Positions 14,515 to 26,066 of a DNA stretch of 64,000 bases are shown here, piece after piece. Position 1 is the stretch's first letter; every line of letters begins with the position of its first letter. The notes under the pieces were generated by a model. It was not told where the DNA came from and searched no databases. It saw only the letters and a program-made list of their open reading frames with translations. Origin of the DNA: Utricularia gibba (lineage: Eukaryota; Plantae; Magnoliophyta); the NCBI GenBank assembly GCA_002189035.1, contig NEEC01000020.1, positions 1,488,001-1,552,000 on the forward strand, given 5' to 3'. The translations under genes were made by a program, and so were the position numbers.

Positions 14515-15017
14515 TGTTGTGGGTGAAAATCGGTGTTCATGGTGGGACCGATTTTTGGGTGAAAACCGGGAAATTCCGCACCTTAGTATGCTTTTCATGA
14601 TTATATTCGGTTTGATCCACGAAAACGGGAGTAGGTGGAGATTTTTACGTGGAAACCGAAGGTAGACGGAAAAAATCCTTCACTAGACGGAGGCAGTGGA
14701 ATAAATTACAGGTTGGGAGGCTTGGGGTCGAACCCCTTTCTTCTCAGAGCTTCTCCTATTTATGGGAGAGATTGATTTGACCGTCATGAGTTCTGCAGAT
14801 GTCAGTTGCTTTCTACGCCTGCTATCTGATCTTGCTTTTTAGATACCGGTCGCCTGCTCTGCCGTAATTCGGTGACTTTTCAGATTGTACCATACGGACA
14901 CCACTGTCAGATTTCTAACACATACCGGTCTATCGACTGACGTTATCCCTTCCGTTAGAGCTCTTTTTGGAAGCCTTTTAGAAGCCGATTATCATCAACT
15001 GATTTATCCCCCCATCA
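14515..15017. mobile_element. Solo LTR nested in the 3' LTR of Copia B
   Basis: Termini TGTTG...CATCA with TSD GTGTA/GTGGA. Removing it restores colinearity with the B 5' LTR (gtgtaatcagtggataattgtcaaagatccc). Confidence 0.85.
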
Positions 15018-17703
15018 GTGGAATCAATGGATAATTGTCAAAGATCCCAACACTTGTCATAGGGTGGCTTCACAAATGCATCGAACCGACCATATCCACA
15101 ATGGTGGCACAGCATGAGATAGCTAGAGAGATATGGCTGATACTCCAAGAAAGATTCATGCACCTGAATGAAGATTGGGTCACACATCTACAACATGGGA
15201 TAGGAAACTTGGTTCAAGGTAATCTATCAATCAATCAATCAGTTTTTTCAATAAGTTAATTAACCACTTTATAGCACAAATATGATGCATCTCACCCACC
15301 TAGATGATGCAAGTGTGGCAAGTGCAATGATACCTATTTCCAAACCCTTCAGGAGCAGCAAACTAAAGACCTTGTACACAAATTTCTGACCGGCCTCAAC
15401 CCCGAATACCACTCGGTGAGGCAACAGTAATTGAATCAAAACCCACTACTCGACGTCAATGAGTCCTATCAATCTGCATTTCATGAAAAAACCACCTCAA
15501 GAAACCAATCCTCTCAACTCCAATAGAAGCATTGGCACTATACAACAGAGGACCTTCACAAATAGAAAACAAAATATCCATCAACAAAACCTACAGGAAA
15601 TATTGTACTAATTGCCGCCAAACCAATCACAACATTGATTAGTGTTGGAGAATTATCGGAGTTCCACTTGAGTTTAAGAAAGCAGACAAAAATGACAAAG
15701 GAAATAAATCCCATACCTTCTATGCTAACAATATGAGTTCTATGTCACAAGATCAATCCATTGATGGAGAAGTAACTTTCATCACCAAGAGCCAGCTTCA
15801 CACCTAGCTTCAAAAAATTATTGAAAACAACAAGCTGACTCAAGTGGGGGCTCCTCGTCCAACCATGGGACATGTCCATCAACTGCAAAAAAAGAAGGGA
15901 ATCCTGCAATAGATGGATTTTCTAGTAACATAATTAATCCTACAAACACTAGAACACACACATGGATAATTGACTACGGGGCCAGCGAACAAATGTGCTA
16001 CAACCTAGAACTTTTCGAATCCTATACTCCCTTTACAACACAACTGAGATTTCCTAACAATCACACTATCCAAGTGCTACACAAAGGAACATTTGAACTC
16101 AATAAGGATATCACAATCCACAATGTGTTGCCCATACCATCATTTACAGTTAATTGTATAGCAATGTCTCAACTATTATCTAACAGCACCATTTTCCCTG
16201 TCTACTACTCATGAGTGTCCACTACAGGACACATTGTGCCCTAAGACAACGATTGAGAAAGCTAGACTACAAAATGGATTATACCTGTTTGATCATATTG
16301 TCTTCAATTTGAACCTCTTGCACATTGACAATGATTATGATTCTACTTCTAGTGTGCTGCCAACTAAATGTGATTTACATTCCACTACTGTTAATGCATC
16401 ATTTTTTATTTATGGCATCATGGAATGGGACACCCATCCCATCATGTGATTTCTAACCTTTCGAAAACATCTTCCTAAACGTATAGCATGCCCTCTCGTG
16501 TTCCACACTACCTGCCCTTGAGCTAATTAACATAAGCTACCTTTTCCTACTCATGACGGATCAACTAACAAGCTTGACTTGATTCATTTAAATACATGGA
16601 GGCATTATAAAACACAAGCCTAGGGAGGATATGGGTATTTTCTCACAATAATAGAAGACAATACCCAAGCAACATGGATATATTTGATGCGGATGAAATT
16701 AGAAGCAAAATCCCTCATCACATCATTCATAAAAATGGTTGAAACACAGTTTGGAAAATGTGTAAAAAATGTAAGTGATCAAGGCCTAAAATACTCACTA
16801 GTGAACTTCGTGGATTTGGGAATCCATCATCAAAATAGATGCATTGAAACTGTAGAAAAAAATGACATTGTTGAAAGACAACATTAGTGTCCCATCAACA
16901 TCACTAGTGCGTTACTATTCCAAGCAGAACTACCCGAAACATTGGGGGAGACATTGTCCTGATTGCTACGTATCTCCTCAACAGAACTCTCATGAAAAGC
17001 TGCTCTCGGATGGTACTCTAGAACAAAGAAAAGTTCAGCTAGTTGCAAAAGGATACAATCAAGTGGGAGGGTTTGCTACAAGGAGACATTCAGCTCAATT
17101 GCAAAACACATGATTACTAGGCCATTTTTCGCTCTAGTTGTTGCTCACTCTTGAAATCTAAAGCAACTAGAAATAGATAATGCTTTTCTAAATGGAGATC
17201 TTGAAGAATGCATCTACATGGAAATCCCTCTAGGATGCAAACATCATCAGAAAGTCAGGAAGGAACAACACAACTACCTAATCAGCAAGATGAGCATGAC
17301 TAGCATCCATGCTCCTCATGAGGGGGGAGGGGGGGGGGGGTGTTACCTAGATCAGCAGCAAGATCGACAGCAAAGGCCACAAGTTGGCGCATTTATGGAA
17401 TAGAGACATTGAAATAAGTTCCGAAAGATCAAATGACATAGGCACTACACTCATTGTATAAATACATAGATAACACTATGTTTTAAATCAAATAAAGAAA
17501 ATGAGAAATGATCAAAACCTCAGGCATGTATACACGTTCTAAAAAATTTTGCATAGCTTTTTGGGTTTCATGGCCCTATGAAAGTCCAAACTAATCTACT
17601 AAATTAGAAACCCTATATACCCACAAGGTGCAACTCACTCACAAGTCCATCAAAACTAATGGTTTGATATCCCATCCCATATAAACTAGTTGAAGAGGAC
17701 TTC

Positions 17704-19071
17704 TGATAAACGGGAATTTCCTAATATCATTGTAAATAAAATAGAAACCGTATCAAATAAATTTATAGTCCCTAATCTACACAAAATACAAATTTAGAAA
17801 ACTTGTATAGTGGGTATCGGGGTCGATCACGAAGAGCTTGTGCTTGCTAAGTATTTTAGTAGATGCAAGATTTCGGATAACAGTAGGTTTTAGTCTAAGC
17901 TCGGACTAACAGTGGTACACAAGTTCAGTAAACAAGGTAGGTAAGCAATATCAGGTTTCTACGCTAAGGTATACTGGTTTTGACTCAGACTAATACGAGG
18001 ACGCCTTGAGGATCTGCGGGTGGTGTTATGCTAAGCTTCCTAACTTAATTTATTATCTTCCTACACTCACAACTTCAAATAACCAACATATTTTTGGCTT
18101 AAGCTAGTCCCCAATATCATAACCAACATTGCAATTAGGTCTACCCACATGCAAGGCATATAGAACTAGGTCTACCCGATTCTACTAGTTCTACCCTGGA
18201 CTAACACCGACTGATCTTGTCTTGGTTTGTTGGTCTACCTCTAAACCAAGCATCTAAGTTGTGAAACTACTTGCTCCCCTCCTTAGGTCTACCCATGGTT
18301 TGTTAGAAAAAAGAGTTAAGGAAGACAACTAAATTTCATCATCAACCTAAGCACATACCACCCACTTCTCCTTAAGGCAACCCTAAGACTCTAGCCACTC
18401 ATGCTTTGGAAATAAAACACGATTTCATTCATATAAGTTGGCCAAAATGGCAGAAACATTGTAAACAAGTAAAATGCAAAAAGTCGAAATGTTCAGAAAA
18501 CTAGAAAGTAAATAAAGATTGTTCTTCTGCCGTTAGCTACTGTTCACAGCCCGGAATAGTAGCCCTGGACTGGGCTCCAGTGCTATTCTTGATGATGGAG
18601 GCGTTTCTTCCCCCTTCTGGTTGGTTTTTCGCGTTGGGGAAGAAGACCCCTTGCGTTTCCCCCCCGGTCGCTTCACTTTTTCGAAAATAAATTTCCTCTT
18701 TCCTTCACTCCATTGCACTGTTGGTGTCCGCCATTACTATTCCCGACCGCCAGCAATGTTCTCGGCCTGAACTTGCAGACTGCGGTGGCGGTAGAACAGT
18801 GCTCTTTGTCCTTCTCCGGATTTTGCGCCTTTTTTTTTGCTTGTTTTACACGTTTGTAAGTCTGATTTTCGGCTCATCTCCCTGCTGAACTTACTGAAAC
18901 ATTAGTAACAAGAGTTGTGGACTAAATCAAAGGATTTAGTCCACTTTTCAACATAATCACATAGGATTAACATAAACACCACTAAAGCATGAAAAACCAC
19001 ATTTATCTAACCTAAATTATGATAAAATATAGCTATTTTGTGATGAATTTTAGGAAAAATGTGTGTTATCA
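17704..19071. mobile_element. Solo LTR (Gypsy, Athila/Tat-like) nested in an LTR of element D
   Basis: Termini TGATAAACG...TGTGTTATCA with perfect TSD ACTTC (17699-17703, 19072-19076). Confidence 0.9.
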
Positions 19072-19371
19072 ACTTCAAACAGCAATGTGGGATAGAAACT
19101 TCTTCTCCAATGTAAGAATTTCCGACAATCCCCTACATATTGGAGAAGAGCTAAGTCGTGCAAGCTCTAATGTTTGGAAAATGATATCTTTCGATGGTGA
19201 ACCAAACTCTTGATTGCATTATATATGTATCACTAATTAGATGGTGAAACCGTATTTCTATAAAGCAAATACTAATTTTGGGATACAAAGGTATAGTCAA
19301 TCACATTAAGCTCATCCCTACAACTATCAACTGTTTAACACTCAAGTGCACCTATAAGTCAAATGTAGCTC

Positions 19372-19832
19372 TGATTAACGAAAATTTCCTAATATCGTTG
19401 CAAAAATAGAAATTTCGTATCAAATAAATTTATAAGCCCTAATCTACACAAAATACAAATTTAAAAAACTTGTATAGTAGATTTTGGGGTCGATCACAAA
19501 AAGCTTGTGCTTACTAAGTGTTTCAGCAGATGTAGAATTCAGAATAATAGTAGGTCTTAGTCTGAGCTCAAATTAACAATGGTAAGCAAGTTTAGTTAAT
19601 GAAATCAGGTCTCAACACTAAAGGTAACAAGTACTGATTCTAACTCAGAGTAATACTAAGATGCCTTAAGGGTCTGCAAGTAGTATGGTGCTAAAATGTC
19701 TAATTTAATTTACCATATTCTTACACTCACAACTTCCAATAACCCAAGTCTACCAAGGTCGTTCATCATATTTTCGGCTAAGCTAGTCCCCAATATCATT
19801 ACCAACATTGCAATTAGGTCTACGCGCATGCA
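19372..19832. mobile_element. Truncated second copy of the 17704 LTR family
   Basis: Starts TGATTAACGAAAATTTCC and aligns with 17704-about 18155 up to GGTCTAC..CATGCA. The other end is missing. Confidence 0.85.
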
Positions 19833-20592
19833 TTAGAGGTGAATAGTTCAATCTTTGTAATGTCAAGGAATTGTTGACCAATAACCGAATGATTCATAGA
19901 TAGATTGCGAACATTAGAGGTGACTCATGGTAGATAGGTCGAGAGAAGCAGATTATGGAAAGGGTTTGTCTATGACAATGGGAAAGGGACCAGATCTGCA
20001 TCAAAGAAGACCATCGGAGTTGTTGTGGCATTGGTGAATAGTGCATGGGTAACCAAAGGCATGGCGAACAATGTAGGGGTAGGGTTTTCAAAAGGAGCGG
20101 CTGCTGAATCCTTCGAGATAACTCCTTTAGATTGTTGTAAATTGAATATAAAAAATGAGAAATGATCAAAACCTCACGCACATATACAAGTTGTCCTAAA
20201 AGAATTTTTGATCTCCCATGATTCAAGAGGATCTTTGTTCGATCTAGAAATCAGTCGAATATATATATCTAACCCTAATTCTAAATTAGAACCCCGCACA
20301 TGCAGTCTTTTTGGGTTTCAATAACTTCCAAAAGCCCACCCCAATATACTAAATTAGAACCCTATGCGCACATGAGGCCTAACTTAATTTCAAACCCATC
20401 AAAGTTAATTAATTGATATCTCATATAAATTAATTGGAGAGGACTTCAAATATCAATGTGGGATAACAACTTCTTCTCCAATACATGAATTTCCAGCACA
20501 TTGTAAAGAGCATTTTTGGAGCTACATTGCTTTTATTTATACTAAGGATTCTTCTCCAAAGTATTCTGCTCCATTGCTGGTTTTACAAGTGA

Positions 20593-21570
20593 ATCTTGTA
20601 AAATCATAAAGGGAGAAACCATGCTCATCTTAACCATGGATACAAGTTTTTGTGTCATTGATGGTTATAGTGGTAACACAATACAGCTAAGGAAGAAGCC
20701 AAATGCTGTTACAATGCACGTTATCGGGTAGTATCTTTGTTGTTAACTGCATTGCGATTATCAGATTTGTATTCATTATCTTGTTTCATAAAGTCATTCT
20801 CTGGATCGCAGCAACAGCTCTGTTCCAAATTTAAAGAATTTGTATGTCTTACTCTCTTGCAAAGATTCTTGGCGCCTCTACTCTGCTAGGTATTTGATGC
20901 AGGTAAGTGGCTTATCCTTCTTTACTTTTTTTGCGGATACTCTTTCACAAAATGCATCTTTTATCAGCCAACAAGCAAATCTATTCACAGGGTGAAGCTC
21001 TCCAAACCCTGCTGCTGGACTGGCTATTTCAAGAAAAGATGAAATAGTCGGTGGATTAGTTGTATTTTATCAGAGAGGGGAACTGGGAATCAGGTAAGTC
21101 CTTCACTTCGAGTTATCAATCAAAGAGTTGTCGAAACTGTCACTCACTTTTGACTGCACTGCAGATCTCTGCCTTATCTAGAAGGGTTGAGGGAGCTCCG
21201 CTTTCATGTTGAACTCGAGATGGAACTTCAATTAAATTCCAGAGCTGCAGAAGCTCATTACCTCCACAGAGGAAGGAGATGTTATATTGGTAACTATGGA
21301 ACAATTTTTACTGCTTTGGAAAAATGATCCATCACATTCGGGCTAATTTTCCAGGCATGATGACGCATCGTTGTTGCTGTTCAATGGCACAGGCAGATGG
21401 CTGTGAAGTACTATTCATCAGTGTGCTGGATGGTGAAAATACTTTCAGGTTTCTGTTCTTTATGCAATTGATTTCCTGCCTGTCATCATTTCATCCAAAG
21501 GCTGAACGGCTTGTCTTGCAGATCCCGCATTCCTCACATGATCGGCAGAAAAGGAAAAGAAGGCAAAGGC
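20593..21570 (+). pseudogene. Tomosyn / LGL-like gene remnant, part 2
   Basis: Continues the exon cut by Copia A (FLSE|SCKIIKGE). GT-AG introns bound exons reading VKLSKPCCWT, KDEIVGGLVVFYQRGELGIR and SLPYLE, matching the plant tomosyn C-terminal region, with frameshifts. Confidence 0.75.
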
Positions 21571-23117
21571 TTAATGTAAATGTTGTGGGAAAGTACATCA
21601 AGTTGTTATAAACTATGGCAAAACTAACTTGAGGAATCATTACAAAAAATGCTTAAGAGGTAAATGCGATGATATTTAGATAATAAATATCACTAAATAA
21701 TTCTTATGAAAAATAGAAAATAAATTAATTAGAATATCAAATTTAGCATAAATATTATTCTCTATTTGAATTCCTCTTCAAAGTTCTGAATGGTAAATTT
21801 TCAACTTACACAAATGTATAAAATCAATCTTTCCAAGGCTATAAGTTTTCACTTATCACTTTCATTGACCTAAAAAAATAATCACATAATATTGACTTCA
21901 TAAAAGATCTTAACATTGAGATTGCAGAAATATAATTGGATGCATTATCATGATTAATGTTAAATATATAATAAAAAATAGAATATATAATGCCTAAAGT
22001 GGTAATAAATTCATCATTTGTACACGTATGTGTGGAAAATCCAAAATCTAAAACTCAAGTATCATCTTTTATAGTATCCATTTGCAATTGCGATAGGCTG
22101 TCAAAATGAAAAAATGCAAACCATCACACATTAACCCAAATTTTCATTTCACTGAATAAAAAATAGAAACTAGTCATGCTTTTTTTTTGTCAAATTGTTT
22201 TATTGCAATTCTAATTGTCTTTCTAGACATCAGATTATGTAGGCTACAATCAATATTCATATAAATGCCTTATAAATGGATTTTTTAATTCAAAAAAAGA
22301 TTTCTCACTAAAAACAAAGCAAGTACATAATTATCTTGACCAATATTAAAATCAAATAAAAAGTGGAAATGTTACCACTGATTAAATTTAAAATTGTTTG
22401 TCTCAATGAATTATAAGTTTTATCTTTATGTTTATTTATAATATAACATATAAATTTCAGAGTAGATCCACTCTTACTATGATCATAGATAATGCCATAA
22501 TACTTTAAACATATCTTTTTTGCTCTTTATTATGATTGAAATACCCTTCCAATGAATGGAGGAAGCATAACGTTTTCTTAAAGTGAAAGACACACCTTCA
22601 CCTTCACTGGAAATGCCAATTGCACAAGAAGTTTCTTCTTCATTTATAGGCATCAAAGTTTGATGTAATTTTTTCATTAAAGGTTACGAAAATACATTCT
22701 TGATATATTAATAGTCTCAATAATCATCAAAATGAGATAAACCGAAAAACTAATAATCCACAGGTAAATTCAGAAAACATGTACGTTGAGTTTTTCTTTA
22801 GACAATTAGACAGCTTGGTGTTAAAAGGCTTGCGATGCACTGTAAGGCGTGAGTAATGCTTCAATTGAACACAAAATAGCTAAGAACAGCATTCTAAGTG
22901 AAGAATGGGCTTTTTCATCCATTTAATGAGCAATAAATTATATGCCTCTAAATCATATTATACCTCAATTATAAAATCCTAATGGCCCAAGCTCTAAATG
23001 GGACAAGCCCAAGAAATTATTTTTTTAATGATATTATAAGCCCAACCCATTAAATCGCACTCCTATCCATCAACTATCAACTCGATATCTGGGTCGATGC
23101 ATCGTCACATGTGAGGT

Positions 23118-23788
23118 TAGAGCTGGGCACGGATACGGGTTGACCCATGTATCCGACGGGTTGACTCATGATGGGTCTGACCTATTACCCATAACCGTCG
23201 AAAACGGGTATGGGACGGGTCAGTTGTACATGGGTATGGGTCGACCCGAGGGTCAACCAAACTGGACCTATAATGTAATGTATCAAGAGGCTTCAACGTC
23301 TTTCAGATGCCATAATGGTATATTTACAATGCCTGGACATCAAGAGGCTTCAATTTATTTCAAGCACCATGGACATGCCATTGCAGTGCCTGGAACACGT
23401 TTGCTTCAATGTTCTCCAAGCATTGCGGACATGCTATTGTGGTGCTTGGAAGACACTAGTTTCAATATTATTCAAGCATCACAAATATGTCATTGCAGTG
23501 CTTGAAAGACACTGGCTTCAATATTTTCTAGACACCACAAACATACAATTGTAGTACCTGAAAGACATTAACTTTAATGTTCTTCAGACACCACAAATAT
23601 GCAAATTGTAATGCCTAGAATCTAATATTATTAGATTCTAAAAAAAAAAAAATGCTGACCCATGTCAACCCGTGACCTGGGACGGGTTGACATGTCCATC
23701 CCCTCAACCCGTACCCATCGAGTCATTTCATGTTTTACTCGGCAGATTCGACCCGTGAGCCACCGAGTCGGACCCATGTCCAGCTCTA
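23118..23788. mobile_element. hAT-family MITE
   Basis: TIR TAGAGCTGGGCA / TGTCCAGCTCTA (11/12), perfect 8-bp TSD TGTGAGGT (23110-23117, 23789-23796), and ACGGG/ACCCG subterminal motifs. Confidence 0.92.
23290..23620. repeat. 56-bp minisatellite, 6 diverged copies, inside the hAT MITE
   Basis: Unit starts at 23291, 23348, 23404, 23460, 23516 and 23572. Units are internally palindromic, e.g. TTCAAGCA...TGCTTGAA. Confidence 0.85.
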
Positions 23789-24809
23789 TGTGAGGTTGAT
23801 TTTATGACACTCGTATCATGACATGTGCAAGTCCGTGATTCGAGTATGTCAATGCTTCTTCATTATTGTCATATTTGTTAAATGCATGCTTGTCTCAAGC
23901 CACAATGGCTATTTTACTCACAATGTATCTAAAACAAATAAACTGAAAACCAAAAACACAACAAATCAAATATTCCCAATATTTAGTAAAAATATCTAAA
24001 TACATAATGTAACTCCTAATTGTATAACTCTAGTATAAATTAAATCATAAAATATATGAAACATTGTACTTAGCATAAGGTTTATATGAAAAAAATGACA
24101 TAGTTGTATGGAAACATTTCGAATTGTGCAAAACATGATTTTAGTAGGCAATGAGTCCTGTGAGATTTATGAATCACTAAAAAAATTAGTAATACGTAAT
24201 CCTGTTATATTAGAAAATGATATCACTCGAACTTACAATGTTGTATCAGTGAAACCTAATAAGTAAATAATTCACTTTTATTTCTCAAAATATTTGTATC
24301 TTTTCCTAATAATTCATTTGGAAAAAGTAATTTAAAAATAATTAAATTAAAAATTATGGTATTTAGGAAATGTTTTTTTTTTTTTGTTTTACTATGGGCA
24401 TTTGGCAAGTGCACGCTTGATTTGTATCACAAAAGCAATACTGAAATTGTTCTGGCTGTTGTCGCACCACTTTGATTGATATGCTTCAACAGGATAACTA
24501 AATTGAATGCCGTGACAATAAATAGCAGACGCCTAACTCCTCATTCGATAATCAAGAGAACACTACATTCAGATAAGGCCACTCGTTATTGCTGTAGGCA
24601 TGGAGCCTACACAGCACGGTGTTCTGCACACTGGAACTCAGGCATGTCGGCCGCTAAATGCTGAACACGGTGAAGAGCTTTGTTGATTGTCGTCGTTTGT
24701 GCAGGCTTCATGCCTACAATATGAGTTGATCAATGCTGACGGAAGGATGGCTTGCCACTTGCCAAGTTGTGTGGTGAGCTAGCTTCGTCTCCAGCAATTA
24801 GCACACAAA

Positions 24810-25981
24810 TGTTGAAGACAAATATGGTTTCAAGTATTAGTAGATCTGGACTTAGTGGATAAAGTCCATATAGTAGGTGTTTTTATTATAGTAGTTTTGT
24901 GAGTTAGTTAAACAAGTAGTTAGTAGTATGTAATAGATGCAGAGAATTATGCTATAAATGATTGAAGTATGTAATAGATAGGGATGTGATCATGGAAAAC
25001 TTTGACTTACAGACATTCTCTTATTTCCTTGTTTACAGAAACATTCCTTCAAATGACATCGATATAATGTCATTGGATGAACTGAGTGGTTCACTACAGG
25101 CTTATGAAAGCAGGTTAAAGAGCGAGGAACTTGTTGTGCAACTTTTGCAAGTAACGATTGCTACCAAGTATGAATCCAATCATAAGGAAGGGATGTCTTT
25201 GAGACTTCAAGTTAGAGGCAGATTTTCTTATAGAAGTCGAGGAGGATGGCAAAACTAGCAACAATTCCATCAAACTTCCCTTGCTGAGAAGGAGCTTGTC
25301 TCATCCTCGAGGGGATAAGATAGAATAGCAGAGGTAGAGGAGAACGGAAGAATGGGAAAAAAACAATTAATAAGTCCAACATTGAATATTACTTTCGTTA
25401 TAAGAAAGGGCACTTTTCTTGGGAATGTAAGAATGCCAATACAGATGAAATCCAACAATCCAACATGACTCATGAAATGTTTAAGTAGGAGGAAAGTCCA
25501 ATTCTGCTCATGGCTATTAAAGAGAAAAATTCAAATCTTTTTAAACTATGGTATTTAGACTCAGGGGTGAGCAGTATATGAGTAGCTATAAGCACATGTT
25601 TATGATCTTGATGAATCTCATAGAAACAAAATCATATTGCGGAATTCCACCACCATTGAAGTTGCTAATTAAGACTATATTTTGATGAAATTGCATCATT
25701 AAAGTCATAAAGTTATCTTCAATGTGTTCTTATTTCCTAGTTTGAAGAATTTGACTCTTGGCTGAGTTCTTGAGAAGGGATATCAAATTTATTCTCATGA
25801 CACAAAATGATTATGTGGAATTCCTCCATTGAAGTTGTTGGCTGAGGCTCTATTTTGATGAAATTATATGTTCAAAGTCACAAAATTATCTCTAATATGT
25901 TGTTAGTTCTTGGTTTGAAGAATAATATTTTGAGTCTTGGCAACCTCTTGAAAAGGAATATCAAATTTATTCTCAAGAGAA
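24810..25981 (+). mobile_element. Copia fragment (LTR plus partial gag-protease), truncated
   Basis: LTR-like start TGTTGAAGAC. gag DIDIMSLDELSGSLQAYESRLK, decayed knuckle KKGHFSWEC and protease WYLDSGVSS. It ends abruptly at the start of the large duplication. Confidence 0.8.
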
Positions 25982-26066
25982 TAAATTTTGGAGGTGAAGT
26001 GTGTCACATTAAACTCTTGAGGCATTTTTGATCATGTGTGTGAATAGTTGGGGGTAAAAATAAACC
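25982..26066. mobile_element. Truncated outer part of a Mutator-like TIR
   Basis: Only the last three periodic motifs of the TIR-like array seen intact at 47360-47627 are present. Confidence 0.6.

Larger units (their letters stand above)
8465..15052 (+). mobile_element. Ty1/Copia retrotransposon B (Tnt1/Tto1, Tork-like), degenerate, nested in gag of A
   Basis: 5' LTR 8465-9000 and PBS TGGTATCAGAGC at 9004. gag starts MEDFLGMIKLNS at 9071 and has a zinc knuckle CHYCKKVGHLKGQC. Other motifs: protease WVVDSIASYH, LWHRRMGHLS, integrase FIDDASRKAWV and HNGIAERFNRTIM, RT KARVVVKGFKQ and YVNDML, RNase H WSSKLQKTVALSTIESEYMA. PPT GGAGGGGG at 13983. 3' LTR 13996-15052, interrupted. Perfect TSD CTTGT (8460-8464, 15053-15057). 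Confidence 0.95.
17479..20498 (-). mobile_element. TRIM-like non-autonomous LTR element D, nested in the 3' LTR of Copia A
   Basis: Two homologous LTRs: 17479-17703 plus 19072-about 19115, and 20133-20498. A reverse PPT (ATCCCCTACAT) follows the left LTR, then a short non-coding internal region ending in a partial reverse PBS GCTCTGAT at about 19368. Decayed TSD CACTA/CATTG. Confidence 0.7.
7904..20587 (+). mobile_element. Ty1/Copia retrotransposon A (RE1/RE2, Ale-like), degenerate, host of nested insertions
   Basis: 5' LTR 7904-8121 (TGT...ACA) and PBS TGGTATCGGAGC at 8122. gag QWERCNDLV|IGWLHKCIEP...EIWLILQERF is split by element B. Protease WIIDYGASEQM, integrase and RT (LVAKGYNQ, IDNAFLNGDL) remnants lie at 15.9-17.3 kb. 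A G-rich PPT at 17320-17340 precedes the 3' LTR, which starts at 17341, is split by element D and ends at 20587. Perfect TSD AGTGA (7899-7903, 20588-20592). Confidence 0.9.
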
